NCBI GenBank assembly: GCA_963764805.1
Contig: CAVXUB010000006.1
Location: 288,598 to 352,597 of the forward strand
From: an uncultured Actinomycetota bacterium
GTDB taxonomy: Bacteria; Actinomycetota; Acidimicrobiia; Acidimicrobiales; Bog-793
DNA: 64,000 nucleotides
Direction: 5' to 3'
Part shown: one piece after another, positions 1 to 12,712 of the stretch
How the letters are laid out: the number at the start of each line of letters is the position of its first letter
How positions within the stretch are numbered: the stretch's first letter is position 1
Notes under the pieces: model-generated
Databases searched by the model: none
Seen by the model: the letters and a program-made list of their open reading frames with translations, nothing else
Told to the model about the DNA's origin: nothing
Program-made: the position numbers and the translations under genes

Positions 1-117
1 ATCGAGGCGGGTTCCTCGGACGCCGAGCGGACGATCGAGGTCGACTCGGAGGGACCGGCGGCCGATCGGCTCGCCGCCCTGCAGGCTGATTGGCGACCGT
101 CGGGGGGACGGGTATGA
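1..117 (+). CDS. tsaE: 3' end of a CDS, probably the tRNA threonylcarbamoyladenosine ATPase TsaE (partial)
   Basis: Frame 1 is open from the window edge to TGA 115-117, which overlaps the tsaB ATG (ATGA). The identity rests mainly on tsaE-tsaB-rimI-tsaD synteny. Confidence 0.5.
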   Translation: MEAGSSDAERTIEVDSEGPAADRLAALQADWRPSGGRV

Positions 118-857
118 GCCCCCTCGTGCTGGCGATCGAAACAGCGACCGGAGAGGCGGCTGCTGCCCTCGCCGACGACTCGGGAGCGCTGGCGTGGACG
201 GCGGTAGCCCGCGGCCGCCGCCATGTCGAGGCCATTCACCCGGCCATCGACTTCGTCTGCCGCCAGACGCAGGTGGAGCTGCGAGCCCTGGATGCGATCG
301 TCGTCGACATCGGTCCCGGCCTCTTCACGGGCCTGCGGGCGGGCGTCACGGCTGCCAACGCTCTCGGCTTCGCCCTGGGGCTGCCCGTGATCGGGATGAC
401 CAGCCTGCAGGTGCTGGCAGAGGCGGCGCGGCGGCTCGGGCTGGAGGCGCTTCCCGTCGTCGACATGAGGAGGGGAGAGATCGCCTGGGCCTTTTCCGGG
501 GACGGCGACGCCCCGTCCCTCGGCACGCCGGCCGAGCTGGCGGCAGAGCTGGCGTCGGCCGAGCTCTCTTCGCCCGGTGCGGGCGGGGTGTTGCCGACGC
601 TCGTCGGCGACGGTGCCGTGCGCTACCGGCAGGAGCTGGTTGAGTTGTCGGGTCGTGACCTGCGGGTGGCCGCCGGCTTGCAGTTCCCGCCGGCCGCCGT
701 GCTGGCAGAGCTCGGGGTGGGCGCGCTGGTGGCGGGCGCCGGCAGCGTCGGAGGCGCGCCGAACCAGGTGATGCCGATGTACATGCGGGAGGCGGATGTG
801 GCGATCAACTGGCAGACCCGGCAGAGCCGGGCGTCGCTCGGGGGTGCTGCGCGATGA
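114..857 (+). CDS. tsaB: t6A biosynthesis protein TsaB
   Basis: Motifs LAIETAT, GPGLFTGLRAG and VDMRRGEI; ATG at 114; followed by rimI and tsaD. Confidence 0.92.
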   Translation: MSPLVLAIETATGEAAAALADDSGALAWTAVARGRRHVEAIHPAIDFVCRQTQVELRALDAIVVDIGPGLFTGLRAGVTAANALGFALGLPVIGMTSLQVLAEAARRLGLEALPVVDMRRGEIAWAFSGDGDAPSLGTPAELAAELASAELSSPGAGGVLPTLVGDGAVRYRQELVELSGRDLRVAAGLQFPPAAVLAELGVGALVAGAGSVGGAPNQVMPMYMREADVAINWQTRQSRASLGGAAR

Positions 858-1411
858 GCGCCTGGCGCGGCGGCACCAGTGAGCAGACCGTTCCGCCGCC
901 GGGTTTCTCGCTGGCGGACCTCGAGATCGTCCCGATGCGCAGGCGTCACGTGCGCCCGGTGCTCTCCATCGAGGAGCGGGTGTTCCCGACCCCCTGGTCG
1001 ATGGGCCTCTACCTGACGGAGCTGGCGCAGCCTGCCACCCGGTCGTACTGGGTGGCCCGCTACAACCAGCAGGTGGTCGGCTACGGCGGCCTGATGCTGG
1101 TCGTCGGGGAAGCACACGTGACGACACTGGCGGTGGCCCCGGAGTGGCACCGGCGGCACATCGGCAAGGTCCTGCTCCTCAAGCTCGCCCGCGAGGCGCG
1201 GCTCAGGGAGTGCTCGCACCTCACCCTCGAGGTCCGGATGACCAACGTTGCGGCGCAGAGCCTCTACCGAGAGTTCGGTTTCGTGCCGGCCGGGGTCCGT
1301 AAGAACTACTACGCGGAAGTTAATGAGGACGCATTGATCATGTGGGCCTACGACATCGACGGGGATGGTTACGAGGCGCGCCTGGCGGCGATCGAGGCCG
1401 CTCTCCGGTGA
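854..1411 (+). CDS. rimI: Ribosomal-protein-alanine N-acetyltransferase RimI (GNAT)
   Basis: Motifs EAHVTTLAV, LEVRMTNVAAQSLY and RKNYY...EDALIM; synteny with tsaB and tsaD. Confidence 0.92.
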   Translation: MSAWRGGTSEQTVPPPGFSLADLEIVPMRRRHVRPVLSIEERVFPTPWSMGLYLTELAQPATRSYWVARYNQQVVGYGGLMLVVGEAHVTTLAVAPEWHRRHIGKVLLLKLAREARLRECSHLTLEVRMTNVAAQSLYREFGFVPAGVRKNYYAEVNEDALIMWAYDIDGDGYEARLAAIEAALR

Positions 1412-2458
1412 CCACCCTCGGCAAAGCCCCCTACCGGCAGGGTCCTCGCCATCGAGACCTCCTGCGACGAGACGGCTGCCGCCGTCGTCCGCGACGGGCG
1501 CCACGTCGAGTCTTCGGTCGTCTCCAGCCAGGTGGATCTGCATGCGCGCTACGGGGGCGTGGTTCCCGAGATCGCCGGGCGGGCACACGTCGAGCTGATC
1601 GTGCCGGTGGTGTCGGAGGCGCTCGAGCGTGCCGGATCGATGGCCGCGGGAGAGCGGGCACCGCGTCCCGCTCTCGACGCAATAGCCGTCACAGTCGGCC
1701 CCGGCCTGATCGGTGCACTGCTGGTGGGCGTGAGCGCCGCCAAGTCCCTGGCGCTCGCATGGGACCTGCCGCTGGTGGGGGTCAACCACCTGGAGGGCCA
1801 CCTCTACGCCAGCCTGCTCGAGGATCCTGACCTCGAGATGCCGGTGGTCGTGCTGCTCGTCTCCGGGGGCCACACCCTGCTCGTCCGCATGGACTCGCCC
1901 GGGCGTTACGAGATCCTCGGCGAGACGATCGACGACGCTGCCGGCGAGGCATTCGACAAGGTTGCCCGCTATCTGGATCTCGGCTACCCGGGGGGACCTG
2001 CGATCGATCGGACGGCCGCTGCGGGCGACGCGAAGTCGATCGCCTTCCCCCGCGCCAGGGTCGAGGGAGCGCACGACTTCTCGTTCTCGGGGCTGAAGAC
2101 CTCGGTCGTCAACTACGTGAGGCGCAATCCGGACGTCGCCACCGAGGACGTGGCCGCCTCGTTCCAGTTGGCAGTCGTCGAGACGCTGCTGGCCAAGGCG
2201 CTGGCTGCGGCCGACGCCGTCGGGGCTCGCGGCATCTGCCTGGCGGGCGGTGTCGCCGCCAACTCGCTGCTTCGCAGGCGCACCCTCGAGGCGTGCGAGG
2301 AGGCCGGCCTGCGGGCTTTCCTGCCCAGCCGGGCGATGTGCACCGACAACGCGGCGATGATCGCCGCCGCCGGCTGGTGGCGGTTGCAGAGCGACGGTCC
2401 GTCGCCGCTGTCGATCGGCGCCGACCCCAACCTGCGCTTCCCGGCCTCCATACGCTGA
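1408..2458 (+). CDS. tsaD: tRNA N6-adenosine threonylcarbamoyltransferase TsaD (probable indel between 1408 and 1441)
   Basis: VLAIETSCDET (from 1442), HLEGH, VSGGHT, DDAAGEAFDK and TDNAAMIA. The only plausible start (GTG 1408, overlapping the rimI stop) is out of frame with the body of the gene; a C-run lies at 1427-1431. Confidence 0.93.
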
Positions 2459-2482
2459 CTTCCGGTCCTTTTGCCGGAGCGA

Positions 2483-4835
2483 TCAGGAGGTGGCCCCGGA
2501 TCTCGTCCGCCGGTGGAGACGCCGCCGCCGATCCTGCGGCACGCCGGTGCTGCCGCCGCCGGTCCTCCCGCCGACGGTCCCACAGCGGCACCGCCAGCAG
2601 CACAACGAGCCCGGCGCAGGCGAGCGCAAGTGCCAAGTCGAGATGGGGCGGCGCATAGGAGAACCCGACGGTGCTCGAGCCTGCCGGCAGTCGCACCGCC
2701 TGCAGGTCGAGGCCGTCCGCCGAGGCAGCCACCGTGGCCGCCCGCCCGTCGACGGTCGCCGACCAGCCGGGAAGGTCGAGCTCGGCGCGCTCCAGCACCG
2801 CCGGGGCCGAGCATCGAGCGACGACCGAGCCGAGATCGCCCGACTGCAGACGGCAGCCGCCGCCAGCTGTCGAGTAGAAGGCCCGTGGCGCCGGCAGCGC
2901 GTAGATCGACACGAAGCTGTCCTGGTAGGTGAGCCGGAGCCCTCCGCGTAGGGCGCCGCGCCGCCGAAGAAGCGTGACGCGGCCGGCGTCACCACGAACC
3001 GCACGTCGACCGCCTCCAACTCGGTGAGCTGCGACAGGACGAGTGCCGGCGTGTCGCTCGCCGTGCCGTCGAAGATCTTTGCGCTGACGCCCGGCGCCAG
3101 GTATCGCGACACGTCGAGCGACCAGGCCTTCGGCACCGGCAGGTCGTTCACGTCGAGCGAGGCGAGACCGAAGTAGGAGCCGTAGTTCGGGATGTAGACC
3201 CCGCCCACCGAGAAGAAACGCCCCTCGCCGAGGTGCGCTCCCAACCAGCTCACCGCCGCCTCGTCCACGGTCTCCGAGCGCGGGCTCGAGAGCTGCGGGA
3301 AGGCGAACATCGCGCCGGCGTCGAGGACGAGCAGTGCTGCGAGAGCGGCGAGCGCCGTCCGCCGGCGGCCGAGCAGGCCCGCCGACCGTGACGGCTACCA
3401 GCATGCCGCCGGACCAACAGAGAACGCCTACCAGGTAGGGGCGATAAGCGCTGGTCGCATCCCACAGCGGCCGGGCGGTCGTCCACGCCCCGGCGAAGGC
3501 GATGCCGCCGATGGCAGCTGCTCCCAGCCCGCCGGCGAGCACGCCGGCCCAGCGCCGCCGGCCGGCCGGGCCTGCGAGCGCCTCCAGACCGAAACAGGCG
3601 AGGATCACGAAGGCCATCTCGAAGGCGACGTCGGCGTACTTGGGAAAATTCGCCTGGCTCGTGAGGGGCACCACCTCGGCCAGCAGATGGGCGAAGGGCG
3701 GGACCCCGAACACCCAGAGCACCAGCGCCAGTGAGAGCACCCCGAGCAGGATCCGCAGCCCCCGCTCGCGGCGCGCCGCCACCAGGCCGGCGAAGCCGAC
3801 GGCGATGCCCGAGATCGTGAGGTAGCCGCCGCCGCTTCCGAAGTAGGAGTCGAGGTGCCGGGTCGGGTCTTGAGCGGCGAAGCGGACGAGGGGACCGAAG
3901 AGGTAGGGGAGGCCCAGCACCGGCAGGCTGTAGGGCTTGCGGAAATCGAAACGGACCGAGCCGGCGTGCACGCCCACCACCGCCACATGCACGTAGCCGG
4001 CAAAGGGCACGAGGATCGGCGCCGCCAGCAGCAGCCCCGCCCCCACGGCGAGCCCGCAGCGCGAGGCGTAGGCGAGGCGACCGCCGGCGGGGTGGCCCGA
4101 GCAGCGCAAGATGAACCAGACCACCACCATCGACCCTTCGACGTAGGCGATCTCGGGAAAGCCGGAGTAGGCGGCGAGGGCGACGCCGAGCGCCAGGGCG
4201 ATCCAGCCGCCTACATCGGGGGCGCCGCGGCGGTAGATGCGTTCGACTCCGAGGAGCATCAGCGGAAGGAGCGGCACCGGGTTGGCGCCGGCGCTTCCGT
4301 ACCAGGCGAGCGTGCCGTTGAGCGCGAACAGCAGGCCCCCGACCGTTGCCACCGCAGGCCCGAAACGCAGCTCCCGCAGGAGCAGCCACGTCCCCAGCCC
4401 GGCAGCGCACTCGAGCAGCAGGTGGAAGAGGAGCTGTCCCTGCGGCAGTGCCAGGAGCAGGGTCGGCGGGTAGAGGGCGCCCGACTGCATTCCGGCGGCC
4501 AACGGCGTGCCGAGTCCCTCGAAGGGGTTCCACCAGGGGACCACGAGGTGCAGCCAGTCGAGCGCCGCCCGATGACCGAGCGCCTCCGCGGTGTAGCCGA
4601 TGTTGGGGTCGATCGACCACTGGCCGGGGAGGAAGCCGGCCTGTGTCACCGTGCCCGTACGGCCGAGAGGGACGAGAGGGTCGACGTCGACGATCCCGAG
4701 GATCGGGAGAACGTTGGCGGCGAGGACCCCGAGCACGACGAGCGACGGCCAGGTTGCCCTTCGCAGCACGGATGACGGGCCCCCCACGGCGGACGCCCCC
4801 TCGGGCGGCGCCGCCAGGACGGCCGTCGTCGACAA
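2483..4835 (-). CDS. YfhO-like GT-C membrane glycosyltransferase (indels near 3383 and 2940; 3' end uncertain)
   Basis: N-terminal PWWNPFEGLGTPLAAGMQSGALYPP, many TM segments and a C-terminal PGWSATVDG...V.F.Y.PP, typical of YfhO-family proteins. The middle segment is in ORF 2483..3310. Confidence 0.7.
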
Positions 4836-4845
4836 GTGCGGCAGC

Positions 4846-5244
4846 CTACGGCTCGGGTGTAGCCCTGCCCGGGCCGTCGCTCTCCTCGGTCGCTGCGGAG
4901 CTGTCCGGCCGCGGCGGCGACGCGGCGCTGATCCCCAGCTCCTGCACGATGACCACCTGCCGTGCTGCCAGCCGGTCGATGCTCGTCGTGAGGTGGAAGA
5001 CGAGCACGAACAGGAACAGCACCGCCAGCAGCAGCAGGAGGTCGGGCGGATAGTCGACCCCGACGAGGCGCGCCATCCGGTCGAGGAGGTGCAGAGGGAG
5101 GGTCGCCGAGAGGAAGACCATGACGAAACTGACGCCGAGCCACAAGAGCGCGGCCTGCTCGCGCACGATCCGCCGCCGCATCGCTGTCACGGAGAGCCCC
5201 AGGAACCCGATGCTCAGCACGATCGAAAGGACGAAGGTCCTCAT
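4846..5244 (-). CDS. DUF2304-family small membrane protein (Rv3632-like partner of polyprenyl-phosphate glycosyltransferases)
   Basis: MRTFVLS... with about 3 TM segments, EQAALLW, GVDYPPDLL and a C-terminal LAARQVVIVQEL; overlaps the stop of the GT2 gene. Confidence 0.8.
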   Translation of the reverse strand: MRTFVLSIVLSIGFLGLSVTAMRRRIVREQAALLWLGVSFVMVFLSATLPLHLLDRMARLVGVDYPPDLLLLLAVLFLFVLVFHLTTSIDRLAARQVVIVQELGISAASPPRPDSSAATEESDGPGRATPEP

Positions 5245-6080
5245 CCGGTCTCCTTTCCCTGCGGTCGGTCCGATCGCTGGAAGCTGTCGACGAGCAGCGA
5301 CAGCACGACGCGGGCAATGTAGTAGGCCGAGCGAAGGCCGGCGATGCTGGAGCGACCGTGCTGGCGGTGCTGCATCCGCACGGGCACCTCCTCCACCACG
5401 AGGCCGTGCCGCGCCGCCAGCACCAGGGCCTCGGCCTCCGGGAAGTCCACCGGGTACGTGCGCGCGAACAGCTGGAGAGCCTTCGGTCCGACGGCGCTGA
5501 AGCCGGACGTCGTATCCGTATAGGTCGTGCCCGTCTGCATCCTGACCATCCACGAGAGCAGGTGCATGCCGATCCGCCGGCCGCTCGGCGCGGCGTAGTC
5601 GCCGCGCCCCAGCCATCGGGAGCCGACGGTCATGTCGGCGCGGCCGTCGAGCAGGGGTTCCATCAGGCGCGTCAATTCAGAGGCGTCGTGCTGCCCGTCG
5701 CCGTCCGCCCGCACCGCCACGGCACAGCCCGCCCGCAGCGCATAGCGGTAGCCGGCCTGCACGGCCCCGCCGATGCCCAGGTTGACCGGCAGGCGGATGA
5801 CCACCGCACCGGCATCCGCCGCCTGCGCCGCGGTGTCGTCGGTGGAGGAGTCGTCGACCACCACCACGAGCGCGGCGGGCAGCGCCCGGGATATCGCCCG
5901 CACCACCTCGCCGACCACGGCGGCCTCGTTGAACGCCGGCACCACCGCGCAGATGGTGGCGGTCGAGACCTTGGCAGGTGCCCGCTCGGGAGCACGAGGA
6001 AGGCTCGCCCGCAACGCCGGATCCGGCGCCGACCTGCGCATCCGCCTGCCGGCGGTCGAGGCGCCGGTCCCGGGTGACAT
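5241..6080 (-). CDS. GT2 polyprenyl-phosphate glycosyltransferase (DPM-synthase-like)
   Basis: VVPAFNE, VVVDDSSTD, NLGIGGA, DGDGQH (DxD), GSRW and DTTSGF. The start at ATG 6080 was chosen because TACGCT lies 8 nt upstream. Confidence 0.88.
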   Translation of the reverse strand: MSPGTGASTAGRRMRRSAPDPALRASLPRAPERAPAKVSTATICAVVPAFNEAAVVGEVVRAISRALPAALVVVVDDSSTDDTAAQAADAGAVVIRLPVNLGIGGAVQAGYRYALRAGCAVAVRADGDGQHDASELTRLMEPLLDGRADMTVGSRWLGRGDYAAPSGRRIGMHLLSWMVRMQTGTTYTDTTSGFSAVGPKALQLFARTYPVDFPEAEALVLAARHGLVVEEVPVRMQHRQHGRSSIAGLRSAYYIARVVLSLLVDSFQRSDRPQGKETG

Positions 6081-6137
6081 CGCGGCCGAGCGTAGCAGCG
6101 GGCGCCAGGTTGCCCCCGCCACGTTGCGCCGCTATCG

Positions 6138-6164
6138 TTAGCACTCGCTAGGCAAGAGTGCTAA
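6138..6164. promoter_or_regulatory. CIRCE element (HrcA operator)
   Basis: TTAGCACTC-GCTAGGCAA-GAGTGCTAA is a perfect consensus with a 9-nt spacer, upstream of groES. Confidence 0.97.
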
Positions 6165-6218
6165 CGCCTGAGACCAAACCTCAGAAGGAAACAGAGCAAC
6201 CACAGGGAGGCTCCAACG

Positions 6219-8146
<1,928 letters not shown>

Positions 8147-8172
8147 GTCCCTGTTGCGCTGGTAGTCGGGAG

Positions 8173-8200
8173 CGGCCGGGCCTTCGGGCCCGGCCGTTTC
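8173..8200 (+). terminator. Intrinsic terminator after groEL
   Basis: CGGCCGGGCC-TTCG-GGCCCGGCCG: a perfect 10-bp stem with a UUCG loop, followed by TTTC. Confidence 0.85.
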
Positions 8201-8219
8201 CATTCGGGCGTGGTAGGTC

Positions 8220-8948
8220 GTGAGCGGGGTTCGATACGCTCGCCGGGTGACGGGAGGTTTCGAGCCGGGGCATCCGGCACTGCGCCGGTATCGGCAGGCG
8301 ATCCCACGCCCGCCGACGGCAGTGCCGGGCGGTGTCGCTCCCTGGGCCGCCTATGCGGCCTCCGGCCCCCTCGACCTGCAGGCGGTGGGCTCGCGGCTGC
8401 GGGCCGGATTGGTACCGGTCGACGCCCCTCTCGAGCGACCGTCCACGGCAGCCGTCCTGATCCTCCTGTTCGAGGTCGCATCCGCCGCCCAGGTGATGCT
8501 CATCCGCCGGGGCACGACGCTGCTCGCCAGCCCGGGGGAGATCGCCTTCCCGGGCGGCAGGATCGAACCCGGTGAGACGCCGCTCGAGGCCGCACTGCGC
8601 GAAACCGAGGAGGAGATCGCTCTCCCCCGCGATGAGGTGGATGTCGTCGGCAGGCTGGCGGTGCTGGAGGGCTCGCGCCGGCGGGGAACCATCGTTCCCT
8701 TCGTCGGGTTCGTCGGTGCGATGCCGGCCGTGGAGGCCCACCCGGTGGAGGTCGACGCCATCATCACCGTCCGGATCAGCGATCTGCTGGCAGACGGCGC
8801 CTGGTGGGAGGAGATCTGGAGCGCCGAGGAGGCGCAGACGTCCAACCTCCCGTTCTTCGCGGGCGAGCACTTCCTCGGCGACGACATGATCTGGGGGGCG
8901 AGCGCCCGCATGTTGACGGACCTGCTGCAGCTGATCGCCCGCCAGTAG
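8220..8948 (+). CDS. Nudix hydrolase, CoA pyrophosphatase type
   Basis: PGEIAFPGG directly before the Nudix box GRIEPGETPLEAALRETEEE; C-terminal IWGASA. Confidence 0.85.
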   Translation: MSGVRYARRVTGGFEPGHPALRRYRQAIPRPPTAVPGGVAPWAAYAASGPLDLQAVGSRLRAGLVPVDAPLERPSTAAVLILLFEVASAAQVMLIRRGTTLLASPGEIAFPGGRIEPGETPLEAALRETEEEIALPRDEVDVVGRLAVLEGSRRRGTIVPFVGFVGAMPAVEAHPVEVDAIITVRISDLLADGAWWEEIWSAEEAQTSNLPFFAGEHFLGDDMIWGASARMLTDLLQLIARQ

Positions 8949-8997
8949 CGGGTTGCGTTCCTCCGTAGTGCAGCTAGTCGCTGGTTAATCTGTCGCC

Positions 8998-10999
8998 GTG
9001 ATGGATACCGGTCAGCGCGTCGCGCCGCGCGCTCTCTTGGAATCCGTCGGGATGCCGAGCGCGCGAAGACGGACCGCGCTGTGGTGGGCGATCACGATCT
9101 GCATCTACCTGGCGATCGCCTGCCTCGCCTACTGGCCCGTCGAGCCGCTGAGCCGCTCTCACCTGTCCTATTGCGCATGCAGCGATTCGGCGCAAGAGAC
9201 GTGGTTCCTCGCCTGGCCGGCATATGCCATCAGGCACGCCCGCGACCCGTTCCTCACCTCGTACATCAACGCCCCCCGTGGCGTGAACCTGGCGCTCAAC
9301 ACCTCGATGCCGCTGCTCGGGATCATCGCTTCTCCCATCACCTGGCTGCGGGGTCCCGTAGCCGCCTTCAACTTCATGATGCGCCTGTCGTTCGTCCTCT
9401 CGGCGACGTCGATGACGTTCGTGCTGCGCCGATTCACGAGATGGTGGCCGGCTGCATTCGCAGGGGGCCTCCTCTACGGGTTTTCCCCCTACATGGTCGG
9501 CCAGGGCAACGGCCATCTGTTCCTGACGTTCGTCCCGTTGCCGCCGCTGATCGTCTACTGCGTCTACCGGCTCGTCAGGCCCGCCGCAGGTGCTGCCGGT
9601 GCCGCAGGTGCCGACGGTGCTGCCGGCGACGCTCGATCGCCCCGGCCCGCCGGCGACTCTCTCTCGCCGGGTTCCCCCGGAGACGTTCGCTCACCCGGGG
9701 ACGCACGGCGATTGGGACTCACCCTCGGAGTGCTCTGCGTGCTCCAGTTCCTGATCTCGATCGAGATCCTCGTCACGACGGGCCTTTTCGTGGCCATCGG
9801 CCTGGCCATCTTCTTCTTGCGGGACCCGCGGCGGCTGGCTCGCTCCTCCACCGGTCTGTTCGGCATCCTCTGGGCCCTGGCGCTGTTCGTGCCGTTGGTG
9901 GCCTTCCCCACCTGGGTGTTCCTGCGCGGCCCGCAGCACGTGATCGGGCCTCCCCACGCGGTGGCCGGGATCGCCCCCTTCCGTTCGGACCTGCTCGGCC
10001 CGATCGTCCCGACGGCCAACGAGATCGTCGGCCCCTCCCGCCTGATTGCCATCGGCACCAGCTTCGCCCTCGGCGACCGCCCGGAGAACGGGATCTACAT
10101 CGGCATCCCGCTGCTGGTGCTGCTGATCTTCCTCGTGTTTCGCTGCCGGCGGCAGGGGGTCGTGCTGCTCGCCGCCTCGGTAGGGCTGTGCGCGCTCGTG
10201 CTGGCGCTCGGAACGCCCTTGACGATCGACAACCGCCCGACGAGCGTCACGCTGCCGTTCGTCTGGCTCACCCACGTGCCCGTGCTGCAAGGAATCCTGG
10301 CGCTGCGCTTCTCTCTCTACGTGCAGATGGTGGCGGCGTTCGTTCTCGGCGTCGGCCTCGAAACGATGCGGCGAGAGGGGATACTGGGACGCCGCTCCGG
10401 CGGCGCGTGCGATGAGGGAGAGGGTGTCATGGTCTCGGCCGCTGCTCGTGGCATCGATCGGGGCGGTGGCCCTCGTACCGCTCGTCCCCCGCTACCCCTA
10501 CCCGAGCCAACCGACGATGGTGCCCCCCTATTTCACCAGCGAATCGGTCCAGCGGGTGGCGGCCGGGAGTCTCGTGCTCACCTACCCTTACGACATCGAC
10601 CCGGACAACGAGGCGATGCTCTGGCAGGCGGCGAGCGGGATGCGGTTCCGGATATTCGGCGGGCAAGCGGCTCGACCGGGACCTGACGGGAGGACGACCA
10701 GCACGGTGCAGACGTTGCAACCGGCGGCGGTGGAGCAGCTGTTCCGCTCGGCGATGTACGGGGCCGGCCGGCCCGGCGGGGCACCGGCGCCTGAGACCGC
10801 GGCCGCGGTCGCTGCCGTGAAGGCCTTCTGCGCCCGCTACCGGGTCCAGGCTGTGGTCGCCGACCCGATCGGCGTCGATCCGCAGGAGGCGATCTCGGTA
10901 GTCTCCGCCGCACTCGGGTCGCCGCAACTCGTCGGCGGGGTCTACGTCTGGTACCTCGACCGAGCCGGTGCCACCGCCGGGGGCGGGGCGCGCTCTTGA
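8998..10999 (+). CDS. Predicted GT-C membrane glycosyltransferase, paralog A (indel near 10410)
   Basis: CACSD..WFLAW, NAPRGVNLALNTSMP, GLLYGFSPY and ENGIYIG. The C-terminal part (LWQAASGMRF) is in ORF 10412..10999. Similar by eye to the genes at 25952 and 29181. Confidence 0.7.
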
Positions 11000-12639
11000 T
11001 GGCCCCGCCGGCACACGCCGTCCGCCGCCCTCAGATGTCGCCACGGAGGCCTGCCACCGCACGGCCGCGGCTCGTCTTCATGGCGAGCCTGGTGCTGTTC
11101 TTCTTGATGTTCTCGGCTTGGAGCCTCGGGACCCCCGTGGCCGGCTCCCCCGACGAGCCGAACCACATCATCAAGGCCGTGGCGGTTGCTCACGGGCAGT
11201 TCCTCGGGCAGCAGCCTGACGGGCCGGGAAGCCCCTTCGTTGTCGTGAAGGCGCCGCAGTTCTACATCGACACCGGGAAGGTGCCGGAGTGTTTCGCCTT
11301 CAAGAACACGGTTCCTGCGTCGTGCGAGCCGGCGCTGCAGGGCTCTGCCAAGCCGGCGCCGGTCGCCATCTACACCGGCCGCTACCCGCCGCTCTACTAC
11401 CTCCTGGTCGGGATCCCGAGTCTCTTCACGACATCGACCGCCGGCGTGTACCTGATGCGACTGGTGAGCGGCCTCTTGAGCTCACTGATGCTGGCGCTGG
11501 CCGTTGCCTCCGTCGTCGCCTGGTCCCGCTCCCGGTTCCTGCTGGCGGGGGTGGCGGTCGCTGCCACGCCCTCCTTGTTCTTCTTCGGCGGGGTTGTCAA
11601 CCCGAGCGGCTTCGAGATCGCATGCGCGATCTGCCTTTGGTGCTCGGGATTGCTGCTGGTGCTCGAGCGGGCGGCCGCTCCCCCGCGGGGACTAGTGGCG
11701 GTGGTTGCCGTCTCCGGGTCGCTGTTCGTGCTCGTGCGTGGGCTGTCGCCGCTCTGGCTGGCGATGATCGGCGTCACCTTGCTGGCGCTCTGCGACAGGC
11801 GGTCTCTGGTGTCGCTCCTTCGCTCCCGCAGCGTGCAAGTTGCTGGCGCGGTGCTGGTGGCCGTCGGGGGCGTTGCGGTGGCATGGATCTTCGGCGCGCA
11901 CACGCTCGACGTCTTGCCGAGCATCAACCTGGCCGCCAAGGGGACTCCCACCACGACCATCTACATGACCGTCTTCGACAACACGGGGCGCTTCCTCACC
12001 GAGATGATCGGCAAGTTCGGCTGGCTGGACACGCTCTCTCCCGCTGGAACCTATCTGGCGTGGTACGGGGCGATCGGAGGCATCCTCTTGATCGGTGCGG
12101 CGCTGGCGGGTCGGCGCCGCGCCCTTGTGCTGGTGGCCGTCGTCGCGGCGACGGTCGTCGTCCCTGTCCTCATCTCGGCTTCGCACGTGCGGACGGCGGG
12201 GTACGTGTGGCAGGGCAAGGACACCCTTCCCTTCGCGGTCGGCGTCCCGCTGGTCGCTGCTGCGCTGGCGGGCTGTGCCGAGCCGTTCCGGAGCTACCGC
12301 ACCCGCATGACTGCCATCCTGGCCCTGGTGCTGGCGGTCGCCTCGGTGTTCGCCTTCGCCGCCTTCCTGCGTCGGGACGCCGTCGGCCTGCTCGGCCCGC
12401 ACGACTTCTTCGGCAGAGGCTGGCAGCCGCCGCTCGGCAACCTGGGGCTCTTCGTGGGCTACGCGGTCGTCGCCCTCCTCGGCGCCTCGATGTACACCGC
12501 CCTCGTCGCCACGACGCCGGTCGCTCCCGGGCACGACGCCCCGGCGCCGGTCGCTGCGGGGGATGCGAGCCGGGAGGGGGCAGCAGACGAGATGTCGGAG
12601 CGGGCGGACCAACTCGCCAGGCGAGACAGCTGGCGGTGA
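10996..12639 (+). CDS. DUF2142-like multi-pass membrane protein (predicted GT-C)
   Basis: PDEPNH acidic loop after TM1, YPPLYY, VNPSGFE, IGKFGWLDT and WQGKD; roughly 11-12 hydrophobic segments. Confidence 0.72.
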   Translation: MMAPPAHAVRRPQMSPRRPATARPRLVFMASLVLFFLMFSAWSLGTPVAGSPDEPNHIIKAVAVAHGQFLGQQPDGPGSPFVVVKAPQFYIDTGKVPECFAFKNTVPASCEPALQGSAKPAPVAIYTGRYPPLYYLLVGIPSLFTTSTAGVYLMRLVSGLLSSLMLALAVASVVAWSRSRFLLAGVAVAATPSLFFFGGVVNPSGFEIACAICLWCSGLLLVLERAAAPPRGLVAVVAVSGSLFVLVRGLSPLWLAMIGVTLLALCDRRSLVSLLRSRSVQVAGAVLVAVGGVAVAWIFGAHTLDVLPSINLAAKGTPTTTIYMTVFDNTGRFLTEMIGKFGWLDTLSPAGTYLAWYGAIGGILLIGAALAGRRRALVLVAVVAATVVVPVLISASHVRTAGYVWQGKDTLPFAVGVPLVAAALAGCAEPFRSYRTRMTAILALVLAVASVFAFAAFLRRDAVGLLGPHDFFGRGWQPPLGNLGLFVGYAVVALLGASMYTALVATTPVAPGHDAPAPVAAGDASREGAADEMSERADQLARRDSWR

Positions 12640-12671
12640 GTCGATGGTTCGATCGCCGAGAGCCGAACCCG

Positions 12672-12677
12672 TAGAAT
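12672..12677 (+). promoter_or_regulatory. Probable -10 box for guaB3
   Basis: TAGAAT about 35 nt upstream of the GTG start; a GAGGGAG RBS-like sequence lies between them. Confidence 0.45.
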
Positions 12678-12712
12678 CTGTTCTTTGACGGGGAGCGAGA
12701 GGGAGCAGCAGC

